From Candidatus Omnitrophota bacterium (GTDB taxonomy: Bacteria > Omnitrophota > Gorgyraeia > Zapsychrales > Zapsychraceae): a stretch of 64,000 bases of DNA. The notes beneath the pieces were generated by a model. It saw nothing but the letters and a program-made list of their open reading frames with translations, was not told the origin of the DNA and ran no database searches. Where the stretch lies: positions 82,715-146,714 of the forward strand of contig JAJDCB010000026.1 in the NCBI GenBank assembly GCA_029261065.1, in the 5' to 3' direction. How positions within the stretch are numbered: the first letter of the stretch is position 1; each line of letters opens with the position of its first letter. Made by a program: the position numbers and the translations under genes. Positions 29,582-40,604 of the stretch are shown here, one piece after another.

Positions 29582-30960
29582 TCGGAATTTCTAATCATAA
29601 AGAGGCGGCAAAGGTTGTTTATTCTGGTTTGTATGCGTTGCAGCATAGAGGTGAGGAGGCTGCAGGTATTGCTTCTTATAATTTGGATGAAAAAGATATA
29701 CACATTGTCAAAAGTCCCGGTCTTGTGTCAGATGCCTTTGATGATCGCTCCATTAGTGATTTAAAAGGGACAACGGCCATAGGACATTGTCGTTATTCAA
29801 CGACAGGTTCCAGCAATTATAAAAACATACAGCCCTTTATGGTGACCCATAAAAATAGACCGATCGCTGTTGCGCATAACGGAAATTTAACAAATACAGA
29901 AGAACTTTATAGAAAGTTGGAAGAAGAAGGTTCTATTTTTCAAACCTCCATGGATTCTGAGGTTATTATTCATTTATTGGCAAAAACAAAACATGGTGAT
30001 CTTAAGAAATGGTTTGTTAACGTGTTATCCCAATTAAAAGGTGCGTATTCACTGGTTTTTCTTGTCGAAGATAAAATCATAGGGGCACGTGATCCTCAAG
30101 GGTTTAGACCTCTTTGTTTAGGAAAAATTAATGAAAGTTTTATATTGGCTAGCGAAAGTTGTGCTCTTGATTTATTGGGGGCAAAATTTATTAGAGAAAT
30201 TGAGCCGGGAGAAGTCGTTGTTATCAAAGGATCAACGATTGAATCTATCTTTTTGCCAGGGGCTAAGAAGGTTAAAAAGAGTCATTGTATTTTTGAAAAC
30301 ATCTATTTTGCACGACCAGATAGCGACATCTTTGATGATAATGTTTATTTTGTAAGAAAGAGACTAGGCGAACAGTTGGCTAAAGAACATCCTGTGGATG
30401 CTGATTTTGTTATGTCCATTCCGGATTCTGGTAATTATGCCGCGTTGGGTTACGCCAAGCAATTAAAATTACCATATGAGGTTGGCATCATTCGAAATCA
30501 TTACATTGGTCGAACGTTTATTCAGCCAACACAATTTTTGAGAGATTTGCGTGTAAAGATTAAACTAAATCCTATTCGTGATGTGCTTAAAGATAAAAAG
30601 ATTATTGTTGTTGAAGACTCCATTGTGAGAGGGACAACCTCTCGTTCACGTGTGATAGAGTTAAGAAAAGCGGGTGCAAAAGAAATTCATATGCGTATCA
30701 GTTGTCCACCGATAAAATTTCCATGCTTTTATGGAATCGACTTTCCTAGCAAAGATGAGTTGATTGGTTCAAAGAAATCAATAAAAGAGATTGCCGATTT
30801 TATTAAAGTAGATTCTCTTGAATATTTAAGCCAAGAGGGCATGGTTTCGGTGATGAAAAAAACAAAAGATTTTTGTCATGCATGTTTTACAGGGAAGTAT
30901 CCAGTGGACGTACCAAGTAAAAAAGGTAAGTATATCTTAGAAAAGGGAAGGCAACGATAA
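29569..30960 (+). CDS. purF: Amidophosphoribosyltransferase
   Basis: MCGIIG (catalytic Cys at true start 29569), [26 protein letters not shown]. Confidence 0.97.
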   Translation: MCGIIGISNHKEAAKVVYSGLYALQHRGEEAAGIASYNLDEKDIHIVKSPGLVSDAFDDRSISDLKGTTAIGHCRYSTTGSSNYKNIQPFMVTHKNRPIAVAHNGNLTNTEELYRKLEEEGSIFQTSMDSEVIIHLLAKTKHGDLKKWFVNVLSQLKGAYSLVFLVEDKIIGARDPQGFRPLCLGKINESFILASESCALDLLGAKFIREIEPGEVVVIKGSTIESIFLPGAKKVKKSHCIFENIYFARPDSDIFDDNVYFVRKRLGEQLAKEHPVDADFVMSIPDSGNYAALGYAKQLKLPYEVGIIRNHYIGRTFIQPTQFLRDLRVKIKLNPIRDVLKDKKIIVVEDSIVRGTTSRSRVIELRKAGAKEIHMRISCPPIKFPCFYGIDFPSKDELIGSKKSIKEIADFIKVDSLEYLSQEGMVSVMKKTKDFCHACFTGKYPVDVPSKKGKYILEKGRQR

Positions 30961-30966
30961 ATTATT

Positions 30967-32580
30967 ATGTCTAAAATAATATTTGTCACAGGTGGTGTTG
31001 TATCGAGTTTAGGAAAAGGGATTGCAGCGGCTTCCATTGGAAAGTTGCTTGAGACAAGAGGACTCTCGACAACGATTATCAAGTGCGACCCTTATTTGAA
31101 TGTGGACCCAGGAACCATGAATCCCTTTCAACATGGGGAGGTCTATGTTACGGATGATGGGGCAGAGACAGATTTGGACTTAGGTCATTATGAACGATTT
31201 ACAAATGCGTTATTAACAAAAGATAGCAACATTACGACAGGAAAAATTTATTATTCTGTTATCACTAAAGAACGAAGAGGGGATTATTTAGGGAAAACGG
31301 TTCAAATTATCCCTCATATTACGGATGAAATTAAACGAAGAATTAGGAAGGTATCGAAAGAGCGTGATGTTGATGTGACGATTGTTGAAATTGGGGGGAC
31401 AGTTGGTGATATAGAAAGTTTACCTTTTTTGGAAGCGATCAGACAATTGCGTTGGGAATTAGGGGAATCGTATGCCATTAATATTCATGTGACACTTCTA
31501 CCTTATATAAAATCCGCGGGTGAACAAAAAACAAAGCCAACACAACACAGTGTAGGACGATTAAGAGAGATTGGTATAGCTCCCGATATTCTCCTTTGCC
31601 GAACAGAGAAACATATTACAAAAGAACAAAGAGATAAGATTTCGTTGTTTTGTAATTTGGACCGAGATTCAGTTGTTGAAGCAATAGATGTAAAACACAT
31701 ATACGAAGTCCCTTTAATGTTAAAAAAAGAAGGGCTTGATGATTTAATCGTTAAAAAATTAAATATTAAAAAAGGCGACAAAGATTTAACGGAATGGCGC
31801 AATCTTGTTGTTAAACGATTAAAAAGTCCCAAGCGAGAGATTGATGTGTGTGTTGTTGGTAAATACATTGCATTGCCAGATGCGTATAAATCTATTTATG
31901 AGGCGTTGGTTCATGGTGGGATTGCAAATAATGCGAGAGTTAATATTCTTAAAATTGATTCTGAAGATTTAGAAAAGGGAAAGCACGAATCTCGACTTAA
32001 AAAAGCTCATGGACTTCTCATTCCTGGAGGGTTTGGAGATCGAGGGATTGAAGGAAAAATTAAAGCGGTGCAATATGCACGTGAAAATAATATTCCTTAT
32101 TTTGGAATTTGCTTAGGCATGCAGGTTGCGGCCATCGAATTTGCAAGGAATGTTTGTAAATTAAAAAAGGCGAACTCAACGGAATTTGACAAAAATAGTA
32201 AAAATCCTATTATTTGTCTTCTTGAAGAGCAAAAGACGATTAAAAATTTAGGTGCAACAATGCGACTAGGCTCGTATCCCTGTAAATTATCTAAAAAGAC
32301 AAATAGTCATCGAGCATATAGCAAAGACAATATTTCTGAGAGACATCGGCATCGTTATGAATTTAACAATAAATATAAACCGTCTTTCGTTAAAAAAGGA
32401 ATTGTTTTTTCCGGTGTTAATGCACAGCACGGTTTAGTTGAAATTATGGAATTAAAAAATCACCCTTGGTTTGTGGCTTGTCAATTTCATCCAGAATTTA
32501 AATCTAAGCCAGATAAGGCTCACCCCCTTTTTAAAGATTTTATTGGGGCTGCTCTTGAGCACAAGAAACAAGTTAGTTAA
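30967..32580 (+). CDS. pyrG: CTP synthase
   Basis: [56 protein letters not shown]. Confidence 0.98.
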   Translation: MSKIIFVTGGVVSSLGKGIAAASIGKLLETRGLSTTIIKCDPYLNVDPGTMNPFQHGEVYVTDDGAETDLDLGHYERFTNALLTKDSNITTGKIYYSVITKERRGDYLGKTVQIIPHITDEIKRRIRKVSKERDVDVTIVEIGGTVGDIESLPFLEAIRQLRWELGESYAINIHVTLLPYIKSAGEQKTKPTQHSVGRLREIGIAPDILLCRTEKHITKEQRDKISLFCNLDRDSVVEAIDVKHIYEVPLMLKKEGLDDLIVKKLNIKKGDKDLTEWRNLVVKRLKSPKREIDVCVVGKYIALPDAYKSIYEALVHGGIANNARVNILKIDSEDLEKGKHESRLKKAHGLLIPGGFGDRGIEGKIKAVQYARENNIPYFGICLGMQVAAIEFARNVCKLKKANSTEFDKNSKNPIICLLEEQKTIKNLGATMRLGSYPCKLSKKTNSHRAYSKDNISERHRHRYEFNNKYKPSFVKKGIVFSGVNAQHGLVEIMELKNHPWFVACQFHPEFKSKPDKAHPLFKDFIGAALEHKKQVS

Positions 32581-32588
32581 CGCACTTC

Positions 32589-32673
32589 GCGCGGGTGGCG
32601 GAATTGGTAGACGCGCTACTTTGAGGGGGTAGTGGCCCAAAAGGCCGTGGTGGTTCAAGTCCACTTCCGCGCA
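32589..32673 (+). tRNA. tRNA-Leu(GAG)
   Basis: Acceptor GCGCGGG/TCCGCGC-A, D arm TGGCGGAATTGGTAGACGC, anticodon loop TT-GAG-GG, long variable arm, GGTTCAAGTCC; CCA not encoded. Confidence 0.95.
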
Positions 32674-32676
32674 TTC

Positions 32677-32798
32677 TGCTACGCTCAAATGCTTTCGCGT
32701 TTGAGCTTCGCAGAAACGTGCTCTTTGCTCAAACCTTGCGTATTTGAGCGTAGCGAATGCTTCTTCGAAGTTCAAACACGAAAGTATTTGAACGTAGA
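32677..32798. repeat. Three related hairpins downstream of tRNA-Leu
   Basis: gctacgctcaaatgc-tttc-gcgtttgagcttcgc plus two copies in the opposite orientation. Confidence 0.75.
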
Positions 32799-32860
32799 AG
32801 AGCTCTTCCCTAAGTTTGTGTTTTAATTTTACAGTTGATTTAACGAAACAGGAGTTTTTC

Positions 32861-33565
32861 ATGCCAGCATTAAAAGTAGCAGCCAGTATTCTTTCCTCAG
32901 ATTTTACCCACCTTGGTGATGAAATCAAAAAATGTGAAGATGCGGGTGCAGATATGATTCATGTCGATGTGATGGATGGTCATTTTGTTCCTAATATTAG
33001 TATTGGTCATTGTATTTTAGAAGCCATCCGACCGATTACAAAACTTCCTATTGAAACGCATCTGATGATTGATAATCCAGGGATGTATGTCGAGGAGTTT
33101 TGTGATTTAGGCGCTGATATTGTCTCGATTCATGTTGAATGTTATGGACAGTTAAGAGCACAATGCGATGGGTTGGGTAAATATCCTAAAGAGATTGATG
33201 TTTTAGATGTTGAGCGTGCGCGTGGGGATGTTAAAAAGATACAAAACAAGGGCAAAAAAGCCTTTATGGTGATTAATCCAGGAACACCTTTGTGTTTGGG
33301 CGATTTAGAAAAGGATATTGATGGCGTTTTGATAATGTCAGTAAATCCTGGTTTTTCTCGACAGAAATTTAAGCCAGAGGTTTTGTCAAAAATTGAAGAA
33401 TTAAGAAAGACTTTTGATAAAGATATCTCTATCGATGGTGGGGTAAGTGATAAAACGGCACCGGACTCCGTTAAAGCAGGGGCAAATATCTTAGCTACAG
33501 CTAGTTATTTTTTTGGATCTGAGAATCCGTCAGAAGCTGTCAGAATTTTAAAGGCATTAGGCTAA
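32861..33565 (+). CDS. rpe: Ribulose-phosphate 3-epimerase
   Basis: SILSSDF, HVDVMDGHFVPN, THLMI, MSVNPGF, IDGGV; start at 32861 with GGAG SD. Confidence 0.96.
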   Translation: MPALKVAASILSSDFTHLGDEIKKCEDAGADMIHVDVMDGHFVPNISIGHCILEAIRPITKLPIETHLMIDNPGMYVEEFCDLGADIVSIHVECYGQLRAQCDGLGKYPKEIDVLDVERARGDVKKIQNKGKKAFMVINPGTPLCLGDLEKDIDGVLIMSVNPGFSRQKFKPEVLSKIEELRKTFDKDISIDGGVSDKTAPDSVKAGANILATASYFFGSENPSEAVRILKALG

Positions 33566-33625
33566 AGTTCGTGTGAGAAGTTAAACGATTGTAATATAAT
33601 CGTTTAGGTGGTATATTTTAAGTAC

Positions 33626-33901
33626 ATGAATACTTTCCTTTCAAAAAAGACAAAACGGGGCCAAGCAGCGATTGAATATATGTTGTTACTTGGTGTTGTT
33701 GTGGCTATTGTTTTGGTTGGATTTAGACTTTATTTGCCCAGGGCAAAAAATTCAGCAGGTCGATTTTATAATAAGTCTGTTGTAGGAATTATGGGAAACG
33801 CTTCTCGGTGTGGAGATGGGTATTGTGATCCAAACTTTGAAGATTTCGAAAGATGTTGTGCAGATTGTTCTGGATGTGGTTTTTTTATTCCTCCTTCTTA
33901 A
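33626..33901 (+). CDS. Class III signal peptide (pilin-like) protein with Cys-rich C-terminus
   Basis: KKTKRG/QAAIEY followed by hydrophobic helix; CGDGYCD...E....CC.DC.GC. Confidence 0.8.
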   Translation: MNTFLSKKTKRGQAAIEYMLLLGVVVAIVLVGFRLYLPRAKNSAGRFYNKSVVGIMGNASRCGDGYCDPNFEDFERCCADCSGCGFFIPPS

Positions 33902-34838
33902 TACGTGTTGAGCCCGTTCTTTTATCTCTTACAAAAACACTTTTCTCAAAACTTTTAGCATATTTTTTAAGTTCAGCGCCAATTTCCCCTATTTGGGCAA
34001 CATGGGTGATTGCCTGCGTCCTGTTACTAACAATGCCTATTGAAACGCCCAATAGTCCAAAGGTTTGTTTATTTCCCTGGCGATCGACCCCTGTGATCTG
34101 TCCAGCTTCATAATCTTCTTTGGTATAGAAGGAGGGAACTTTTTCATCAAACTCGGTAACAATTTTTTCTGAAATATCATCAATGATAGTATCATCTGAG
34201 ATAAAAACAAAGTCGTCACCTCCAATGTGTCCAATAAAAGCTTCTTTGCCACCAATATCTCTTACATGTTTGATGAGAATACGCGCAAGTTCTTTAATAA
34301 CATCATCACCTTTATCAAATCCATATTTGTCATTATAAACTTTAAATTTATCAAGATCAGCGTAACCCACGGCAAATGTTTTGCCGCCGTCGATACTTTC
34401 TTGTAATTCTTCATTGATGGAAGTGTTGCCTGGAAGATGTGTTAGGGGGCTGGCATCAAGGCTACGACTGGTTCTGTTTAAGATCATGCGTATACGAGCT
34501 AACAATTCATCGGGGGCAAACGGTTTAACCATATAGTCATCGACACCGGCCTCGATTCCACTAATACGATCTTGAACCTCACCCTTTCCCGTCAACATAA
34601 TAAGAGGGATGTGTCTTAATAAGATATCTTTTTTAAGCGCCTTGCAAAATTCTCGACCATTCATTACAGGCATCATGTAGTCGCAAATGATAAGGTCAGG
34701 AAGTTTTTGATGTACGAGCGTCAACCCTGCTTGTCCGTTGTTAGCTTGAAAAACATCATATTGCTCTGATAGAGTTAGTTCTAAAACATCCAGAATATCT
34801 GGATCATCATCTATAGTGATAATTTTTTCTTTTTTCAT
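33885..34838 (-). CDS. Response regulator with GGDEF domain
   Basis: REC (IDDD, D..MP.MNG, KPF) plus DLDKFKVYND.YG...GD and HIGGDDF. Confidence 0.92.
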   Translation of the reverse strand: MKKEKIITIDDDPDILDVLELTLSEQYDVFQANNGQAGLTLVHQKLPDLIICDYMMPVMNGREFCKALKKDILLRHIPLIMLTGKGEVQDRISGIEAGVDDYMVKPFAPDELLARIRMILNRTSRSLDASPLTHLPGNTSINEELQESIDGGKTFAVGYADLDKFKVYNDKYGFDKGDDVIKELARILIKHVRDIGGKEAFIGHIGGDDFVFISDDTIIDDISEKIVTEFDEKVPSFYTKEDYEAGQITGVDRQGNKQTFGLLGVSIGIVSNRTQAITHVAQIGEIGAELKKYAKSFEKSVFVRDKRTGSTRIKKEE

Positions 34839-34877
34839 GATACAACTTTCCTTTTTAAGCCTCTAATAGATAAACCT

Positions 34878-36392
34878 TTAAGTTTCTAAAGATTCTTTTT
34901 TAATAACGTCTTCTTTTTTTGTGGGTAATGTAAAATGGAAATTCGTTCCTTCGGTGACAATGCTTGTAACCCAAAGTTGACCATTGTGTGCTTCTACAAT
35001 TTTTTTAGCAAGGGGAAGTCCCAGACCTGTTCCTTTTACATTTAGATTAATTTCATTTTCTACGCGGTAGAATTCATCAAATAATTTTAGAATGTCTTCT
35101 TCTTTAATACCGATTCCTGTATCAGAAACAGTAATAGTAACTTTCTCGGCGTCCAATTCAGCTTTAATTTGTATTGTACCATCAATAGGCGTAAATTTTA
35201 CAGCATTTCCAACGAGGTTAATAAAGACACGCTCAATTTGGCTGCTGTCTAAGAACATTTCTGGGATATTTGCTGCTAGTTCTGTTTTCCAGGTAATATT
35301 TTTTTCCTTCATTTGAGGAGTAAGAAGATCATTGATATTCTCGATCATGGCGAGAAGATTACATTTACCATAATTCATCTCAGCGCGCCCTGATTCAATA
35401 CGTGAGATGTCTAATAGATCATTAATGAGTTTGACCAGATTGTCAGAATGTGTGTTGATTTTTTCAAGACGTGCTTTAACCTCATCAGGGATGGCTCCCA
35501 GTTTCCCGGTCATCAATATCGCCGCATAACCTTTAATAGAGGTAAGGGGTGTGCGTAGTTCGTGAGAGACGGCGGAGATAAATTCCGTTTTGGTCTTACT
35601 TATTTTTTGAACCTCTTCAAGGGCTGTTGCCAACTGTTTTGTTCGATCTTGGATTTTCGTTTCTAGTTGCTGGCTTGAGGTAAAAACCTGCTCAAAAAGC
35701 CTAGCATTTTCTAGGGATTGTCCAATTTGGTTAGCTAAAATAGAGATTAATTCTTCATCACCTTCAGTGATGGATAAGGCATTAGATCTGTTTCCAACAA
35801 ACATCATACCAATAATTCCGTTTTGCGTTAATACAGGGGAGATGACAAAATGCTCAACATTAAATAAACCGACAATAAGTTCTTTTCTTTGGGCGGGGGA
35901 GGTGACAGACGAAAAAGTATGTCCTTCACCTAAGGCTGCAATAAGGCTTGAGTCTTTTTCTAAATTTGAAACAATGAAACGTAGTTCGTCTTGAGAAAAA
36001 CCATCTTCACTTCGAACACGGATTCTTTTTTCTTTGTCATAGATGAGAATTAAGTTTTTCTCAAATCCTAAATCTGATTTTAGAGCAATGTCAAGGCGGT
36101 GAAAAATTTCATCCTCATCAAGGGTGGTACTAATAAGTCTCGAAATTTTTTGTAAAGATTCTAAGCCGCCAATCCGTTTATCTAATTCCTCTTGAGCTCT
36201 GTTTAATTCAAGGTCTGTTTTGACAATAAGCTTGGCTTGTTCATCTAAATCGTTAAAGGATGTTTTTAGTTTGTTTAAGGTTCCGGTGAGGATAGATATG
36301 GTGTCACTCTTTTTTATGAGGAGTAATGCGAATACGACAATGATCACAAAAAGAAGGACAAACGACAATAGTATAAATAATGTATTATCCAC
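34878..36392 (-). CDS. Membrane-anchored GAF sensor histidine kinase
   Basis: N-terminal TM, GAF, SHELRTPL, NLVGNAVKFT, DTGIG, GTGLGL. Confidence 0.94.
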   Translation of the reverse strand: MDNTLFILLSFVLLFVIIVVFALLLIKKSDTISILTGTLNKLKTSFNDLDEQAKLIVKTDLELNRAQEELDKRIGGLESLQKISRLISTTLDEDEIFHRLDIALKSDLGFEKNLILIYDKEKRIRVRSEDGFSQDELRFIVSNLEKDSSLIAALGEGHTFSSVTSPAQRKELIVGLFNVEHFVISPVLTQNGIIGMMFVGNRSNALSITEGDEELISILANQIGQSLENARLFEQVFTSSQQLETKIQDRTKQLATALEEVQKISKTKTEFISAVSHELRTPLTSIKGYAAILMTGKLGAIPDEVKARLEKINTHSDNLVKLINDLLDISRIESGRAEMNYGKCNLLAMIENINDLLTPQMKEKNITWKTELAANIPEMFLDSSQIERVFINLVGNAVKFTPIDGTIQIKAELDAEKVTITVSDTGIGIKEEDILKLFDEFYRVENEINLNVKGTGLGLPLAKKIVEAHNGQLWVTSIVTEGTNFHFTLPTKKEDVIKKESLET

Positions 36393-37580
36393 CTAAGCTA
36401 TTCCTAAAACAATAATGCTTTCGTTTAACAAATGAGGATGTTTAAATTTTTCAATGGTTTGAAACGGACTGATTTCACCATTAGAATACATGCCAAAAAT
36501 AGGCACACTGTGACCAAAAATTTCTTTGATTTGGTTTATTTCAGCAAAGGCCGAGCGCCCTAATAGTTTTAATCGAGCCATAGATTCGATAATAAGTATA
36601 AGCTTGGGTTGTTTACCAAGTAATGCGTTTTGGGCCTCTTGGGCGGCTTCTACAGCTGCCTGTTTACATGAATCTTTATTCCCGATCATAATATGCACCT
36701 CAGAACCGCGAGGAACATCCCCCTGACATACGATACTTCCATCAGGTAATATGTCAATGGCATTTTTTAATAAATATTCCTTTGTCCCCTCCACATGGAT
36801 CCCTAAAGGGTAAAGGATGGCTAAGGCTCCACGTTTGTTGTGTTGAAGCTCTTTGGCATCTTGTCCAAGGTAGGATTCGTAAAGGTTGATAGCCTTCTGC
36901 CCATCAATGCGTTTTATGATATTGCCTTCCGATTCATCAATGATGCGGGGTTTCCCAAGTGGGCGCCAACCATGGCGTGTTCCAACGCCAACGTGACAAT
37001 TTCCACCTATTAAAGTTCCAACGGCCGAATCATTTAAAGATTTATCTTCAAAACATTGGAAGGAATTTTCGAAAAGGAAATCATCGCTGCTACCGGCACC
37101 AACGATGGGAAAAACGTTTCCAAAGATATCTTGAAGACCTTTAAGAAAGGAGGAATTGTTTTTTAACTCGCCATCAATAAAAAATAAAAATGTCCCGCGG
37201 TTATGTTGGCCAAAGTCTGATAGGCTTTTTTTGGCCAAAAAGCTTGCGGCTTGATGTGGGTCTTGAGAGGCGATATCATTGACTGAACCTGTCCCAAAAA
37301 ATATGTCATCAGAGCTAACGGTTAATACCCCAATTCCATGAGCTTGAATAGAATCTGAAAGGATGACACCGGCTGTTGAGCAACCAATCAGTTTAGTGTT
37401 ATTTAGGACTTTGCGGATGACAGGTAGGGATTGTTGAGAAGGGTAGTGAACGGTGCTAAAAACAAGGGTAAAGTCAATTTTATCGGTACCTAGGTTTGAT
37501 TTTGAAAGAAAAGCGGCGCTTTGTGCAGCTAACTCGACATCCCTATCTTGACTAAACCCAATTCCTATATTGGTGGGCAA
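36393..37580 (-). CDS. FIST N/C-domain sensory protein (NosP-like family)
   Basis: IGCSTAG, PIVGAGS.DD, HGWRPLG, GMYSNGEI; TTG start with GAGGAG SD. Confidence 0.88.
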   Translation of the reverse strand: MPTNIGIGFSQDRDVELAAQSAAFLSKSNLGTDKIDFTLVFSTVHYPSQQSLPVIRKVLNNTKLIGCSTAGVILSDSIQAHGIGVLTVSSDDIFFGTGSVNDIASQDPHQAASFLAKKSLSDFGQHNRGTFLFFIDGELKNNSSFLKGLQDIFGNVFPIVGAGSSDDFLFENSFQCFEDKSLNDSAVGTLIGGNCHVGVGTRHGWRPLGKPRIIDESEGNIIKRIDGQKAINLYESYLGQDAKELQHNKRGALAILYPLGIHVEGTKEYLLKNAIDILPDGSIVCQGDVPRGSEVHIMIGNKDSCKQAAVEAAQEAQNALLGKQPKLILIIESMARLKLLGRSAFAEINQIKEIFGHSVPIFGMYSNGEISPFQTIEKFKHPHLLNESIIVLGIA

Positions 37581-37680
37581 AATGAATCTCCTCTTTTTAT
37601 TGCCAAACTCTTAATAAAGTATAACACCATAAATTTTACTGTGAATATATTTTGTGTACTTTTAAGGATTATAAAAGAGT

Positions 37681-39810
37681 TTAGAAGATATCTCCCACCA
37701 AGGAGGCTTTGATGTATTTATCACGTTTTTCAGCCGATATATAGGTGCGATAAAAGTTTGTATTATCAGGGGTGCCATTTCGATAAATAGCGGTTTGATA
37801 GAGTCCCTTTGGAAGTGTTAAAGGGTAGTCAAAAGTAAAGGTGATAGGTGATCCATTTGGGTCCGTTGTGAAATTTTTGGATGTGATAGGTTTTGATATG
37901 TAGTTTGAGGTATGGGGAAGCCAGATGTTTTGCTTGATGTCAAATTTATACAAATAAGCAGTAAGAGAATCGTTTGGTTTTCCTATTTTATACATTTGAA
38001 ATGTAAGGCCTTCTACGTATTTTTCTTTTTCAATTTTTTCGATGCGACCCTTAAATTTATAAACAGTATTGTGTGTGCCAATGTTCCGAACCCCTTGTAA
38101 GACCATTGTTTTTAAGGCTGTTGAAGGGCTTTTCAGTTTATTTTCTTTTGAAAGTTTGTTGAGATCGAGTAACCAGGCGTAGCCTTTTTTAAAATCAGTT
38201 TTAGAGAAATGATGGAGCATTAGGTCCCGATAGGAAAGAGTCTCTTCTTCGTGCAACCAATAACGGCTTGAAGCAATGGTTTTAAATCGTTTGGTTGCAT
38301 ATTTGGCCAGGGACTGTTTTTCTATGAGGTCATTGAGATACAGGTCTTCATCAAAATCAACGTAAGGTCCAAGCATGGCCAAATAAAGCGAGGATCCTAT
38401 GACGGGAGCAACAAGATAATGTCCCGCATTCATTTGATAGATATTATCAAGATGAAAGAAGTTAACATTTTCATATATTTTGGGATTAAGTTGTTCGATT
38501 AAGTTAAATGTAAGAAAATTTGAAGTGTTGGTGTAGATAGTTTTCGTTTTCAAACGATGGATTTCATTTGATATAAATGTTGTCGCCATTCGTGAAGGAA
38601 AAATATCAGAGATAAAAATATAACCATTTGTGATGATTTGAATAATCAAAAGAAAAATGATCGTTCGTGATTTCGAATTTTTTTTAAATATAAATAGATT
38701 TTGAGATAACCAGAGATTGGGTACTTGAGATAAGAAATATCCTATTAATAAGATAATTCCAACAAAGGCAGGAAAGTAATTACGACCATATTGTGCGACA
38801 CCTTTCAGTTCAGCAAGCATAACGGCAGAGAGGCTTAAGATAATCATAAGTAGGGGGACAACGTTACGCATGTCTTTCGGTTGTTTTTTAAATAAAGTTT
38901 TAATCGATAAATAAGCAATGCTAAAAAGAAAAGTTGGAAATAGGACGGGCATAATAAGATTGAAGTACTTAAAAACCCAAAGAATGCCGCCTCTTATAGG
39001 TAATGAGGGATCCTCAATCCATTGTTGGAAAATCGATTGATTATAGTAGAAATGGGAAAAGCGAGAGCCGATGCTTAGGTGTTCCAGAAAAGAATTTAGG
39101 TTCCCAGTAATATTTGGATAATTGAAATAAACGAGGGGGAGGAGGCCTCCTAATATTAAAAGAGGGGGGCAGGCTATAATTTTAGATGATGATTTTTTTG
39201 TTGATAAAAATATGATAGTCGCAAAAAGGTAAGGAAAATAGATAATGGCGTTTGGAGAACTAAAAATAGAAAGACTAAAAAGGAGCCCAGAAAGTATGTA
39301 ATTAAAATTTGAAGAAAAAGAATGGGGTGATTTAAGTAGAATGAATATTGCAAATAAAAAATAAAAAAGTCCAATCGTCTGATGAGCAACAAATAAGACG
39401 TACATGTAAGGCCAAAAGCTAGAGATAAAAAGAAGGTAACAAATAAGAGCGACATTTTTCTGCCAAAATTGCTTGGCTATAAAAAAGATAAGTAAAGAAG
39501 ATAGACAGAAATAGAAAATGCACGTAAGAATTAAAGGGCGTAATGATGTTGTGTCAGATAAAAGTTTTTGAAATAGAGAGAAGTTAACGATTGAAAATTC
39601 TTTACCGTGCAACCAGCGTTCGTTAAGTTTATCAACATCTTTATGTATTTCTGAAATGTAGTTAAGAGACGGGAGTTGTTTCGCCGCGCTCCAATATAAA
39701 TTTTTAGCATCCGACGGGATAAAGTTTATGTTCCAGGTTGATGCGCTTAGGCTGACACCAATGAAAAAAGTCAGTAATATGACAATTCTGGTTTGTACAG
39801 AAATTTTCAT
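37681..39810 (-). CDS. Large polytopic membrane protein (GT-C/ArnT-like, tentative)
   Basis: About 11-12 hydrophobic segments, early SD motif and RNYFP loop, soluble C-terminal domain; ATGA overlap with upstream gene. Confidence 0.6.
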   Translation of the reverse strand: MKISVQTRIVILLTFFIGVSLSASTWNINFIPSDAKNLYWSAAKQLPSLNYISEIHKDVDKLNERWLHGKEFSIVNFSLFQKLLSDTTSLRPLILTCIFYFCLSSLLIFFIAKQFWQKNVALICYLLFISSFWPYMYVLFVAHQTIGLFYFLFAIFILLKSPHSFSSNFNYILSGLLFSLSIFSSPNAIIYFPYLFATIIFLSTKKSSSKIIACPPLLILGGLLPLVYFNYPNITGNLNSFLEHLSIGSRFSHFYYNQSIFQQWIEDPSLPIRGGILWVFKYFNLIMPVLFPTFLFSIAYLSIKTLFKKQPKDMRNVVPLLMIILSLSAVMLAELKGVAQYGRNYFPAFVGIILLIGYFLSQVPNLWLSQNLFIFKKNSKSRTIIFLLIIQIITNGYIFISDIFPSRMATTFISNEIHRLKTKTIYTNTSNFLTFNLIEQLNPKIYENVNFFHLDNIYQMNAGHYLVAPVIGSSLYLAMLGPYVDFDEDLYLNDLIEKQSLAKYATKRFKTIASSRYWLHEEETLSYRDLMLHHFSKTDFKKGYAWLLDLNKLSKENKLKSPSTALKTMVLQGVRNIGTHNTVYKFKGRIEKIEKEKYVEGLTFQMYKIGKPNDSLTAYLYKFDIKQNIWLPHTSNYISKPITSKNFTTDPNGSPITFTFDYPLTLPKGLYQTAIYRNGTPDNTNFYRTYISAEKRDKYIKASLVGDIF

Positions 39811-40604
39811 TTTGGCATTTGAAGCTCGACCCAAATAGGGAGGTGGTCACTTGCTGTACGATCATTAATCTTGCCGGAATTTATGATGGAGAGTCCCTTT
39901 GTTAAGATGTGATCGAGAGACGTTTTTTTGTTTAATAGAAACCAATGTTTAAACGTCCATCCTATTTTTTCAGTGGCCACAAGAAAATCCTCTTGAAGAA
40001 AAGGATCAACAACAGCTACCCGTTGGGCCTTTGTAAAGGTGTTAAAATCACCTGCGACAATACAATGGCGAATGTGTTTTGGAATAGACTCTACGAGTTT
40101 TATCATTTGGTTTTGTCGACTATTTGGTCCAAGAAAGACATCCATATGTACGGAGTAAACACGAATGAGTTTGTCGTTAATTTTTAACGTTGCCTCTACG
40201 GCAATACGCTGCAGAGCTTTGGTTCGTATTTGAGGAAGTATAAATTTTTTATCATCAATGACAGGCCACTTAGAAAAGATTGCATTTCCAAAATCATTTT
40301 TTATTTTAGGATGAACACTTGCTGGATAATATACGTAATTGTATCGCAGTGTGTTGGCTATTTCTTGCACCCCCTCTAACGTCATTTCTTGTAGGCAAAT
40401 TATGTCAGCGCGATGAAGTTTTTCATGTTTGCGGAGGATTCGTATGGCATGAGGAATTTTTTGAGAAAATTTTATATTATAAGAAACAACGCGGATGGTT
40501 TTTCTCGATAATAACGATAAGTCCGAGAGATCAAACCCAACATATCTTGGTTTGTGTGGGTCGGTATAATTGCTTTTTGCGCGCTTTAGGGAAATTTTTT
40601 TCAT
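39807..40604 (-). CDS. Endonuclease/exonuclease/phosphatase family protein
   Basis: VSYNI, DIICLQE, GNAIFSKWP, AGDFN, LDHI, ASDHLP. Confidence 0.92.
   Translation of the reverse strand: MKKISLKRAKSNYTDPHKPRYVGFDLSDLSLLSRKTIRVVSYNIKFSQKIPHAIRILRKHEKLHRADIICLQEMTLEGVQEIANTLRYNYVYYPASVHPKIKNDFGNAIFSKWPVIDDKKFILPQIRTKALQRIAVEATLKINDKLIRVYSVHMDVFLGPNSRQNQMIKLVESIPKHIRHCIVAGDFNTFTKAQRVAVVDPFLQEDFLVATEKIGWTFKHWFLLNKKTSLDHILTKGLSIINSGKINDRTASDHLPIWVELQMPK

Noticed and set aside
32452-32928. ORFs 32452-32928 (-) and 32632-32826 (+)
   Set aside because: Overlap tRNA-Leu and the hairpin triplet; shadow ORFs
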